From positions 56,486 through 120,485 of the forward strand of contig JAIELV010000001.1 of the NCBI GenBank assembly GCA_019752595.1: a DNA stretch of 64,000 nt, written 5' to 3'. The position numbers and the translations under genes were made by a program. Of this stretch, positions 34,927-43,317 are shown one piece after another; positions within the stretch are counted from its first letter, which is position 1, and each line of letters begins with the position of its first letter. Under the pieces are notes generated by a model. It saw only the letters and a program-made list of their open reading frames with translations, was not told the origin of the DNA and ran no database searches. This DNA comes from Patescibacteria group bacterium. Lineage in GTDB: Bacteria > Patescibacteriota > Minisyncoccia > Phycocordibacterales > Phycocordibacteraceae.

Positions 34927-36141
34927 CTAACTTAGCAGTCTGTCCGCTACTTTGTCCATCGGGATAACTTCTTCAGCTTCAGTTGCGAGTACTTTTAATG
35001 TCACCGTGCCCGCTGTTTTTTCTTTTTCTCCGTATCCTATGAAATAGGGAATGGAAAGTTTCACCGCGTGTTTTATGTGGTCGCCGATTTTCTCATGCTT
35101 CATACCTAAAGCGACATGCACGCCGTGAGCGCGGAGTTCGTCTGCAAACTGTGCTGCGCTTTCAGCATCTTCTGGTCTTACGGGCGCAATGTAGACGTGT
35201 GTTGCAGGCGGAAGTTTCGGCAAGAGGTTGTGTGTTTCAAGGAAGTCGCGCGCAATAACGTCGCCCATGGCAAATCCGACTGCAGGCACGTTGTCAGCCG
35301 CCTGCCTGCCGTCAGGCAGGTACTGCCCAATCAGATTGTCATATCGGCCACCACCGAACATAGCGCGCGGGTTTTCAGGGTTTGTGTCGAACACTTCAAA
35401 TACAAGGCCTGTGTAGTAGTCGAAACCACGAGCGATATTTGCATCAATAACAGCATTTTCGATACCGCGCTCCTGGAGTGCTTTCTTTAGTTTTGCAAAG
35501 TATTCAAAGTTCTTGGGTTCTGCGAGGGCATCAAGAACATCCTTTCGTACGTCTGCACCTTTATCTTTAGCGTCTAAAAGGCGCGTCATTGCCTGACGTT
35601 CTTCTTTTGGAATACCCACAGCGTCGTACACGGAATCTAGAAAACCGCGATTGCCGATTTTAATGACAAAATCTGCATCATCCGCACCCATCTCTTTCAT
35701 GACGCGATACGCGAGTGCAATCGATTCAATATCCGCCTCAATACCAGAAACACCAAAGAGATCAGCATTCAACTGCCAGAACTCGCGCAGTCGGCCACGC
35801 TGGGGTCGCTCATAGCGGAAGAAGTTTTGTATACAGTAGAGGCGAAGCGGGTATCCGAGCTCGCGTTTTCGGGCAGCCACCATGCGCGCCACGGTTGGCG
35901 TCATTTCGGGACGCAGAGTGACTGAACGGTCGCCACGGTCGGTGAATGTGTACGTCTGCTCGTTCACTATCTCTTCGCTTGTTTTTGAGAGGTAGAGTTC
36001 GGTTGATTCTAAAATCGATGCGTTGTATTCCTCGTAGCCGTAACTTTCAACAGCCCTCCGCATGGCGGAGAAAATGTGATTCTGTATGCGCTGGTCTTCG
36101 GGATAAAAATCTCGGACGCCTTTGTACGGTTCTATTTTCAT
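34927..36141 (-). CDS. hisS: Histidine--tRNA ligase
   Basis: GVRDF, LRPEMT, RYERPQRGR, RGFDYYTG, GGGRYD. Confidence 0.97.
   Translation of the reverse strand: MKIEPYKGVRDFYPEDQRIQNHIFSAMRRAVESYGYEEYNASILESTELYLSKTSEEIVNEQTYTFTDRGDRSVTLRPEMTPTVARMVAARKRELGYPLRLYCIQNFFRYERPQRGRLREFWQLNADLFGVSGIEADIESIALAYRVMKEMGADDADFVIKIGNRGFLDSVYDAVGIPKEERQAMTRLLDAKDKGADVRKDVLDALAEPKNFEYFAKLKKALQERGIENAVIDANIARGFDYYTGLVFEVFDTNPENPRAMFGGGRYDNLIGQYLPDGRQAADNVPAVGFAMGDVIARDFLETHNLLPKLPPATHVYIAPVRPEDAESAAQFADELRAHGVHVALGMKHEKIGDHIKHAVKLSIPYFIGYGEKEKTAGTVTLKVLATEAEEVIPMDKVADRLLS
35301..35320. repeat. Palindromic element in the hisS coding region (LPDGRQ)
   Basis: CCTGCCTG-CCGT-CAGGCAGG. Confidence 0.65.
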
Positions 36142-36707
36142 TAGTGAAGTGACGTTGACTGTGAGCCGAACAGCTTTGCTTTTTCAGCCTGTGCCTCGCG
36201 AATAACCTGCACCACATTATTCGGGTTCGGAACATCCTGAATAATAAATTCGCGTTTTGCTGCTGCAGTTTGCACTGTCACGTTTCCAAAGTTAAGGAAC
36301 GTACCGATGACGCTTAACGTCTGCGATTCAACGTCCTGAATATGATCCAGCGTAAGAATCGTAGCCACGCTTCTTTTAAACATGCCCGCTTGGTCAATAT
36401 CAACGATGCGCCAGTTGGTGATGACCCAAATGTCGTAGTAGAAATCCGTCCATTTCGTAAATAGGAAATTCCACATCAAGAGTGCCCACAGTGAGCCGAA
36501 AAAGAGCACCACCCCACCTGAAATTTCTGGAACTGAACCCGCATCAACCGCAAGCGACCAAAACAGAGGAATCATGAAGAAGGGGAGTAAGAAAAGCACC
36601 GCAATCCCGAACACTTCTCTCACGAGCACAAACCAGTGGTGCCGAATGACCGCAACCACGCGTTCGTGTTCTTTAAAGTCTCCGATGCCGAAAGGATTAA
36701 CCGCCAT
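36141..36707 (-). CDS. Membrane protein with a bacterial PH domain
   Basis: IRHHW, two TMs, ITNWR, IQDV, FGNVTVQTA. Confidence 0.85.
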   Translation of the reverse strand: MAVNPFGIGDFKEHERVVAVIRHHWFVLVREVFGIAVLFLLPFFMIPLFWSLAVDAGSVPEISGGVVLFFGSLWALLMWNFLFTKWTDFYYDIWVITNWRIVDIDQAGMFKRSVATILTLDHIQDVESQTLSVIGTFLNFGNVTVQTAAAKREFIIQDVPNPNNVVQVIREAQAEKAKLFGSQSTSLH

Positions 36708-36765
36708 AATTTTGTTATGCCGAAGGCTTTAGAAAATTACTAGTACTCGTAGAGTGCGCCATATG

Positions 36766-37026
36766 TTATAGAGAACCGATACCTGAAAGCATTGCCCCGA
36801 TAAATACTAAAACACCGACGCCGTAGACAGGCATAGCAATGAAAGAGAGTGGATACATGTAGCCGAATCGAAGCCAGTGATAGAAGAGGCTAATAGCAAA
36901 ACCTGCGGTGACGATAAATCCAAACCAAAAGAAAATCCAGAGAATAAAGGGTCCTCCTTGGGCGACTGCCTCGGGGGGGAGTGTCTGCATCAGGTCGGAA
37001 GGCAGTGCAGAAGGTAGCTGTTCCAT
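36766..37026 (-). CDS. Small two-TM membrane protein
   Basis: YHW between two hydrophobic helices. Confidence 0.7.
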   Translation of the reverse strand: MEQLPSALPSDLMQTLPPEAVAQGGPFILWIFFWFGFIVTAGFAISLFYHWLRFGYMYPLSFIAMPVYGVGVLVFIGAMLSGIGSL

Positions 37027-37033
37027 TCCCGTA

Positions 37034-37798
37034 TTATGCCACAATCGAAAGCACGGAGTAGCGAAGTACCCCGTACTGATCACTCTTGTTTTGTACCGTA
37101 AAACCCGCCTCAGTGCCCATCGAGCGCAGTCGCTCGGCCTGTTCAGGTTCGTGCTCTATCCATAACACCCCCGCAGGTGAAAGGTGCGCTTTTGCTTCTG
37201 CAATTGTTTCTTCAATAAAATGGAATCCGTTGTCGTCTGCAAATAGCGCTGTGTGTGGCTCATGGAGAAGTACAGAGTTTTGGACTCGGCCCCTCAGTTC
37301 TTTTGCAATGTACGGAGGATTGGTAAGTATGAAATCGTAACTATCCTTAATGTTGCTCCAGACATCGGTTTCGATTACTCTTGCGCGAGCATGGTCGACT
37401 TCGTAAGTCGACCATGTGTCAATATTTTTCTGAATAGTTGGTATGTGCGCAGGGTCGATTTCTCCAAAATCAACATGCGCATGAGGCGCATGTTTAAGCA
37501 CCGCAACACCTATAGCACCAGAGCCTGCAAACAAATCCAAAACTTTCGCTTTTTCTTTCTGTTGTATTACTGCGAGCGCGTCTTCAACCCAGAACTCTGT
37601 CTCAGGGCGGGGAATGAGGGGGTGTGAGTCAAGGTAAATTCGGCAGTCAAGAAAAGGAACCCAACCAATGACGTACGCCAGTGGCTCCCCGTTTTTTAGG
37701 CGTACGCAATCGGTAAAAAACTCGGATGTTTCAACCTCGTTGTATTTTTCGCGAAGAAGGCGTTCTTCGTCGGTCATTTCACTGTACTTGTAGGTCAA
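37034..37798 (-). CDS. prmC: Release-factor glutamine methyltransferase
   Basis: GEPLAYV, LIPRPETE, DLFAGSGA, NPPY. Confidence 0.93.
   Translation of the reverse strand: MTYKYSEMTDEERLLREKYNEVETSEFFTDCVRLKNGEPLAYVIGWVPFLDCRIYLDSHPLIPRPETEFWVEDALAVIQQKEKAKVLDLFAGSGAIGVAVLKHAPHAHVDFGEIDPAHIPTIQKNIDTWSTYEVDHARARVIETDVWSNIKDSYDFILTNPPYIAKELRGRVQNSVLLHEPHTALFADDNGFHFIEETIAEAKAHLSPAGVLWIEHEPEQAERLRSMGTEAGFTVQNKSDQYGVLRYSVLSIVA
37390..37416. repeat. Palindromic element in the prmC coding region (WSTYEVDH)
   Basis: CATGGTCGACTT-CGT-AAGTCGACCATG, 12-bp perfect stem. Confidence 0.7.
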
Positions 37799-38081
37799 AA
37801 TCTGGGATGTCGTTTTCTATGCGTTCCCAACCGTCAGGCACACTGCAGGTGGTAGGAAACTCCTGAATGTCGCCTGTTTCGGGATTTCGCGCAGGAGTAA
37901 TGACTTGTGCGCAAAATTCTCCCTCGTCGGCTTTTTTTAGCGGTTCAGTTTTCGTCGTGGTAGTTTTCATACTGTTCCCGACGAACGTTGCTATGTGCGC
38001 GATGTACTGATGTGAAAACCAACCGATTGCGATAAAGACAATTGCAAACAGTAACCATTTCAGTCCGCCGTGGTGCTTCAT
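37779..38081 (-). CDS. Small membrane-anchored protein (CAQVITPA...FPTTC...GW)
   Basis: N-terminal TM plus a Cys pair. Confidence 0.75.
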   Translation of the reverse strand: MKHHGGLKWLLFAIVFIAIGWFSHQYIAHIATFVGNSMKTTTTKTEPLKKADEGEFCAQVITPARNPETGDIQEFPTTCSVPDGWERIENDIPDFDLQVQ

Positions 38082-38095
38082 ACCTCTTTATTTTA

Positions 38096-38842
38096 TCACT
38101 TCTTATTCTGACGGATCAGGCGTCGCGCGCTTTCAAGCTCCTCCTGTGTGTTTACTTCCACGTGTTCGAAATTGCCAATGCCAACCACAATATCGTATCC
38201 ATTTTCGAGCGCACGTAGTTGTTCCAAATTTTCTGTAAGTTCAAGCGGTGTACGTTTCAGTTGTGCATACGCCGAAAGGAAGTTGGTGCGGTATCCGTAG
38301 AGACCAAAATGTTTGTAAATCGGAGTCGCTGTTTTCTCGCGCTTGAAGGGAATGCAGGAACGGGAAAAATAAAGCGCGTTGCCGTCTCCTTTGAGTGCAA
38401 CTTTGACGATGTTTGGGTCATTCAGTTCGTGCGCTTCTTTGATAGGAGCGGCAACAGTAGACATCACATTCAGTTTGTTTTTTCTCAGCAGTGTGACCAC
38501 CATGTCGATTGCTCTCGGGGGAACCAACGGTTCGTCACCTTGAATATTGAGTACCATCGTTGGTTTAAATTTTTTAAAACGCTTCACAGCTTCCGCTACG
38601 CGATCACTCCCCGTTTTTATATTTTTTGGCGTCATGATGACGTCGGCCCCGTAGGGGAGCAGGGCATCACGGATTTCTTTCGAATCCGTTGCAATTACCA
38701 CATGATCCACAGATTTTGCTTTCAGTGCCTGTTTCCACGTATGCCATACGAGCGGTTTCCCGCCGATGTCCGCCAGCATTTTTCGTTTGAGACGCGTCGA
38801 GCCGAGGCGGGCAGGAATAACTCCCAGGACTATATCTTTCAT
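38096..38842 (-). CDS. kdsB: 3-deoxy-manno-octulosonate cytidylyltransferase
   Basis: IPARLGSTRL..K.L, TGSDR, NIQGDEP, YFSR, LEQLRALE. Confidence 0.92.
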   Translation of the reverse strand: MKDIVLGVIPARLGSTRLKRKMLADIGGKPLVWHTWKQALKAKSVDHVVIATDSKEIRDALLPYGADVIMTPKNIKTGSDRVAEAVKRFKKFKPTMVLNIQGDEPLVPPRAIDMVVTLLRKNKLNVMSTVAAPIKEAHELNDPNIVKVALKGDGNALYFSRSCIPFKREKTATPIYKHFGLYGYRTNFLSAYAQLKRTPLELTENLEQLRALENGYDIVVGIGNFEHVEVNTQEELESARRLIRQNKK

Positions 38843-38931
38843 GTAAGAACTGTACCGCACGATACTTAACCTGTCATTTCAAAGAGGTTTCAGAAATTGC
38901 AAATTTATAAATATATGTTATAATATAAAAT

Positions 38932-39219
38932 ATGTCCAAAGAGCTTTTGCGGCTAGCGAATGGTGCAAAGATATTTGAATACCACGCTGAACTTTCATCT
39001 GAAGAAATAGTGCTCCATTTACATTTTGATCAGGCAGTAGCACCTGAAGATTTAGTAGTGCCCGCTCTTGTGGAGCCGATTCAAAATATGTTTAGAAAAG
39101 CCATGACAGATGCAGGATGGGCGTCCGAAGAAACAACCGCACTTACTTTTACTTTAACCGCAGATGCTTTCGATGATTTCAAGAGATGGAAGTTAACTGC
39201 AACGCTTACTGAGAAATAA
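38932..39219 (+). CDS. Small hypothetical protein
   Basis: 95 aa; TGTTATAAT upstream. Confidence 0.6.
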   Translation: MSKELLRLANGAKIFEYHAELSSEEIVLHLHFDQAVAPEDLVVPALVEPIQNMFRKAMTDAGWASEETTALTFTLTADAFDDFKRWKLTATLTEK

Positions 39220-39250
39220 AAAAACCCGCGCTCGGAATGCGCGGGTTTTT
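39219..39250. terminator. Bidirectional terminator
   Basis: AAAAACCCGCGC...GCGCGGGTTTTT. Confidence 0.85.
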
Positions 39251-39276
39251 CAGTTTCTCTAAAGAGAAATAGAGGA

Positions 39277-39627
39277 CTACCAGCTCTGGCGTGAACCGCC
39301 ACCGAAACCGCCTCCGCGGTTGCCGCCTCCGCGGTTTCCACCGCCAAAGCCACCGCGACCGCCTGCGCCACCGCCGTTTTCCTGAGGACGAGCCTCTGAA
39401 ACGCGAACAACGCGACCGTCTAGTTCTTTACCGTCAAGCCCAGCAACGACAGCATCTGCCTCTTCGTCGGTCGACATTTCCACGAATCCGAATCCGCGTG
39501 AGCGGCCGGTTTCGCGGTCCATTATCACCTTTGCAGATGTAACAGTGCCGAACGGAGCGACTGCTGCTTGTAATGTGTCATCAGTGGTCGCGTACGCGAG
39601 GCCACCGAAATATAGCTTCTTTGCCAT
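39277..39627 (-). CDS. RRM RNA-binding protein with Gly-rich tail
   Basis: RNP2 LYFGGL, RNP1 RGFGFVEM, RGG-rich tail. Confidence 0.95.
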   Translation of the reverse strand: MAKKLYFGGLAYATTDDTLQAAVAPFGTVTSAKVIMDRETGRSRGFGFVEMSTDEEADAVVAGLDGKELDGRVVRVSEARPQENGGGAGGRGGFGGGNRGGGNRGGGFGGGSRQSW

Positions 39628-39796
39628 TTGTTTTTCTACTATCTAATTAATTGCGAGCTTGACCTGGTCGGTTACCTTGACGTGCGTCTTCCGTAGACGC
39701 TTTGTGGGGAAACTTACAAAATCTTACTCTTACGTGAAGAGTACCACGATTAGGGGATTCCGCAACCCGCTCACCACTGGTGGGGATTACCTCTTT

Positions 39797-40405
39797 TTAA
39801 CGATTCTTACGCTTTTTTAAAAATTCCATCGCAAGCGGAATGAGCGATGCGACAACAATCGCAATCACTATAGGAATGATGTACTGGTCAATGTCAGGTA
39901 CAAAGGTCCCGAGGTAGTATCCGAGAAGCGGAAGGAGCGTTGCCCACAGTACGCCTCCGATAATGTTGTACTTCAAGAATGTGTCATAGTGCATTCCTGC
40001 AACTCCCGCAATAATCGGCGTGAATGTTCTCACCGCAGGAATAAAGCGAGCGAGAATAATTGATTTTGCTCCGTGTTTTTCAAAAAATGCGTGGGCTTGG
40101 TGGACGCGTTCTTGTGAAAACCAAAATGAATCAGGACGTTTAAAAATCATTGGACCAATTTTTTTCCCAAACCAATACCCAACAGAATCACCCGCGATTG
40201 CTGCAATGGTAGTCAGGGTTACCAGGAGCCATATATTAAAGAGTCCCTGCGAAGCTAAAAACCCCGCCGTGAAAAGCAGGGAATCGCCAGGAAGAAAGAA
40301 GCCAAAGAAAAGTCCAGATTCCGCAAATATAATTCCTGCGATACCAACATAGCCCGCTGCTCGGATAAGTTCTTCGAGGTTAAAAAGATGAAGGAAGTTT
40401 TCCAT
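39797..40405 (-). CDS. dedA: DedA/VTT-family membrane protein
   Basis: FAESGL, LPGDSLLF, ARFIP.VRT. Confidence 0.93.
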   Translation of the reverse strand: MENFLHLFNLEELIRAAGYVGIAGIIFAESGLFFGFFLPGDSLLFTAGFLASQGLFNIWLLVTLTTIAAIAGDSVGYWFGKKIGPMIFKRPDSFWFSQERVHQAHAFFEKHGAKSIILARFIPAVRTFTPIIAGVAGMHYDTFLKYNIIGGVLWATLLPLLGYYLGTFVPDIDQYIIPIVIAIVVASLIPLAMEFLKKRKNR

Positions 40406-40416
40406 GGAGCATTACA

Positions 40417-41193
40417 TCACTGACGGAGCCCTAAGCCAGTTTTAATCATATACCAGTTTATGCCGACTAGAATCGCAGTTAGAGCGAGAAGGACCGCGAC
40501 ACTCAATCCCAAAGAAACATCAGTGATACCGAGGAAGCCGTATCGAAAACCGTTGATGAGATAAAAAATCGGATTCAAAAATGTAAGTGAACGCCAAAGC
40601 TCTGGGAGCATTGATACTGAATAGAAAACGCCACCGAGGTATACAAGAGGGGTCAGGACGAACGTTGGAACGATAGTGATCCCGTCAAAGTTTTTTGCAT
40701 AAATACCATTGATGAGGCCTGCGAGAGAAAAAATCATGGACGAAAGTACCAGGAAGAGAATAAGGACTCCAGGGTGTTCCAGTGGTGGAAGAGCGAAGAA
40801 TAGTGACACCAGTATGACCAGTGCACCCGTTATAATTCCGCGCACCATACCTCCCGCCACATAGCCTGCAATCAGAAGCCATGGTGGCGTAGGGGAGACG
40901 AGAATTTCATCAATGTTTCGGGAGAAGAATTTTCCCGTAAAGAATGTGAATGCGACATTCGAGAATGAGTTAGTGACGACCGCAAGCATCACGAGGCCTG
41001 GAATGATGAAGTGAATGTAGGAAAATTCTCCAAAATCCTGAATGCGGTCACCAATGATTGCTCCGAATACGAGGAAGTACAAAACGGACGTTACGACCGA
41101 TGGCAAGAATGTCTGACTCCACACGCGAAACTGCCTGATGGTGTCCTTGCGAACTATTGTATAAAAGGAAATCCAAAGTTTTTCGAGAGGCAT
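40417..41193 (-). CDS. ABC-2 permease (YadH-like)
   Basis: Multi-TM; LTPLVYLGGVFYS, NPIFYLINGFRYGFLG. Confidence 0.9.
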   Translation of the reverse strand: MPLEKLWISFYTIVRKDTIRQFRVWSQTFLPSVVTSVLYFLVFGAIIGDRIQDFGEFSYIHFIIPGLVMLAVVTNSFSNVAFTFFTGKFFSRNIDEILVSPTPPWLLIAGYVAGGMVRGIITGALVILVSLFFALPPLEHPGVLILFLVLSSMIFSLAGLINGIYAKNFDGITIVPTFVLTPLVYLGGVFYSVSMLPELWRSLTFLNPIFYLINGFRYGFLGITDVSLGLSVAVLLALTAILVGINWYMIKTGLGLRQ

Positions 41194-41198
41194 ATGTT

Positions 41199-41960
41199 TT
41201 ATGACTGACTGGTGAGCGCTAGGAATATTGATTCCAACTTTCCCGCTTTATATTTTCCGTGGTCTTTTTCTTGGTATGTGGCGAGTATTTCGTCCATGGT
41301 TCCTTCGGCCACTATCGCGCCCTTGTTCACAATTGCTACATGTTTTGCCAGCTGCTCCGCTTCTTCAAGATAGTGCGTCGTCAAAAGTATAGTCGTTCCT
41401 CCTCTCGTCAGATTCTGCAGATAGTCCCACATCGAACGTCGAAGTTCTACGTCAACCCCCGCAGTCGGTTCATCAAGAATTAGAAACTTCGGTTGATGTA
41501 CGAGTGCGCGCGCAATCATAAGCCGTCGCTTCATACCGCCCGAAAGTTGCATAGCGTTTTTGTCTTTCTTGTCCCACAGTCCCAAATCCTTAAGTAGTTG
41601 CTCTGTGCGCGGGATGGCAACTGAGCGGGGGATACCATAATACCCAGCTTGGTTTACGACGATGTCCATAGGCTTTTCAAACGGATTGAAGTTTACTTCC
41701 TGACCCACAAGACCTATGTATGCTTTCGCTTCTTCTAGTTCTGTGTCAATGTCGTGCCCGAATACTTTTACCTTCCCGTTCGTTTTGTTGACGAGCGAGG
41801 TAATGATGCCAATAAGGGTTGTCTTGCCTGCGCCGTTTGGACCCAACAGAGCAAAAAAATCACCCTGGGGAACAGTGAGCGTTACTCCTTTGAGGGCGTG
41901 CGTACCGCCAGTGTATGTTTTTTCGACGTTCTTTACTTCAAGTGCGGGAGTATTTTGCAT
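41199..41960 (-). CDS. ABC transporter ATPase (YadG-like)
   Basis: GPNGAGKT, LSGGMKRR, LDEPTAGVD. Confidence 0.93.
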   Translation of the reverse strand: MQNTPALEVKNVEKTYTGGTHALKGVTLTVPQGDFFALLGPNGAGKTTLIGIITSLVNKTNGKVKVFGHDIDTELEEAKAYIGLVGQEVNFNPFEKPMDIVVNQAGYYGIPRSVAIPRTEQLLKDLGLWDKKDKNAMQLSGGMKRRLMIARALVHQPKFLILDEPTAGVDVELRRSMWDYLQNLTRGGTTILLTTHYLEEAEQLAKHVAIVNKGAIVAEGTMDEILATYQEKDHGKYKAGKLESIFLALTSQS

Positions 41961-41987
41961 AACGGAGTTCAGGGTATCATAACGCAT

Positions 41988-42902
41988 ATGGATTCAATAC
42001 AACTGACGGCTACGGGAAGTACTGATTACGAACTTCTTGATTCAGGTGAAGAGGAGAAGTTAGAGCGTTTCGGCGCGTACATATTGCGCCGCCCCGACCC
42101 GCAGGCTTTGTGGAATAAAAAATTACCCGCTTCCGACTGGAAAAAAGCGGACGCGTGGTTTGAGCGCGAAGGAAAGCAGGGGAAGTGGCACATGAAAAAA
42201 GATATGGAAGAAGAGTGGCAGATAACCTATGGAGGTTTGCAATTTCTGATTCGACCAACTTCGTTTAAACACACAGGGCTTTTCCCCGAGCAAGCACCTA
42301 ACTGGGATTGGTCTCATTCTATAATTCTCGAGAATTATAGAATGAATCCGGAGAGGTCGGTAAAGGTTCTAAATCTTTTTGCGTACACCGGGGGGGCAAC
42401 ATTGGCGGCGGCACAGGCGGGCGCGGAAGTGGTGCATCTTGATGCGTCAAAAGTTGCCGTGACGTGGGGAAAGCAGAATGCCGAAGCATCAGGACTTCAG
42501 AATGCTCCCGTACGATGGATAGTGGATGATGCGATGCAATTTGTGAATCGCGAATTGAAACGCGGGAATATGTACGATGCAATTATTATGGACCCGCCCG
42601 CATTCGGGCATGGACCGAAAGATGAGCTCTGGAAGATAGAAGAAAATTTCCTTACGTTTGTTTCGTCCTGCAAGAAATTACTTTCAGATACACCGCTCTT
42701 TTTTCTCATCAACGGATACGCAGCAGGGTATTCGCATCACGCATTTCGTTACAATCTTGAGTCTCTTGTTTCGGAATACGGCGGGAACGTGGAGTCAGGA
42801 GAGCTGACTATCGAAGAGTCAAAAGCAGGCTCGCCCGCCGAAGCTTTAGCGAAGGAGGCACGTGTCTTGCCTGCAGGTATTTACGCGCGTTGGTCGAATT
42901 GA
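41988..42902 (+). CDS. Class I SAM-dependent methyltransferase (RlmI/RlmK-like)
   Basis: HTGLFPEQ, LNLFAYTG, MDPP. Confidence 0.88.
   Translation: MDSIQLTATGSTDYELLDSGEEEKLERFGAYILRRPDPQALWNKKLPASDWKKADAWFEREGKQGKWHMKKDMEEEWQITYGGLQFLIRPTSFKHTGLFPEQAPNWDWSHSIILENYRMNPERSVKVLNLFAYTGGATLAAAQAGAEVVHLDASKVAVTWGKQNAEASGLQNAPVRWIVDDAMQFVNRELKRGNMYDAIIMDPPAFGHGPKDELWKIEENFLTFVSSCKKLLSDTPLFFLINGYAAGYSHHAFRYNLESLVSEYGGNVESGELTIEESKAGSPAEALAKEARVLPAGIYARWSN
42314..42345. repeat. 32-bp perfect palindrome in the methyltransferase coding region (HSIILENYRM)
   Basis: TCATTCTATAATTCTC|GAGAATTATAGAATGA. Confidence 0.8.
42833..42859 (+). repeat. Palindromic repeat family A, copy in the methyltransferase (PAEALAKEA)
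   Basis: GCCCGCCGAAGCTTTAGCGAAGGAGGC. Confidence 0.75.
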
Positions 42903-42903
42903 A

Positions 42904-43203
42904 TCAGCTCGTCGTTTCGTCCTTCGGTTTTGCTATAGGGACGACACGAACAAGCGCTTCGTCAGACTCAATCAGTGCCTTTAAAAGAAACGCACCTCCG
43001 TTTCGTAAATCTTGTGCACGGTCCCACAGTCCGTTTGCTGCAGCTTCTCCCAACTGTTTTGCTTCAGCCTCGAGCGCGGCAATTCGTATATTTACCGCAC
43101 CTATAGCACCCAAGGTCTGCACGTTGTGTCTTCGCCACTTAAAACCGTTTCTAGTGAGCTCTGCGCGGCGCGTATCGTCAATAATTATTTTTTCAAATGC
43201 CAT
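42904..43203 (-). CDS. Hypothetical protein
   Basis: Fills the gap between convergent and divergent genes. Confidence 0.5.
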   Translation of the reverse strand: MAFEKIIIDDTRRAELTRNGFKWRRHNVQTLGAIGAVNIRIAALEAEAKQLGEAAANGLWDRAQDLRNGGAFLLKALIESDEALVRVVPIAKPKDETTS

Positions 43204-43317
43204 AGATGATTCAAAAATAGTAAGTAGTCCAATCCCATTCCTGTGTTTACGGTGTGTCAATACGACACAAAAATCGTAAGTGACAAGAGTATCGCTTTCA
43301 GCTATACTCGGGTTTCT

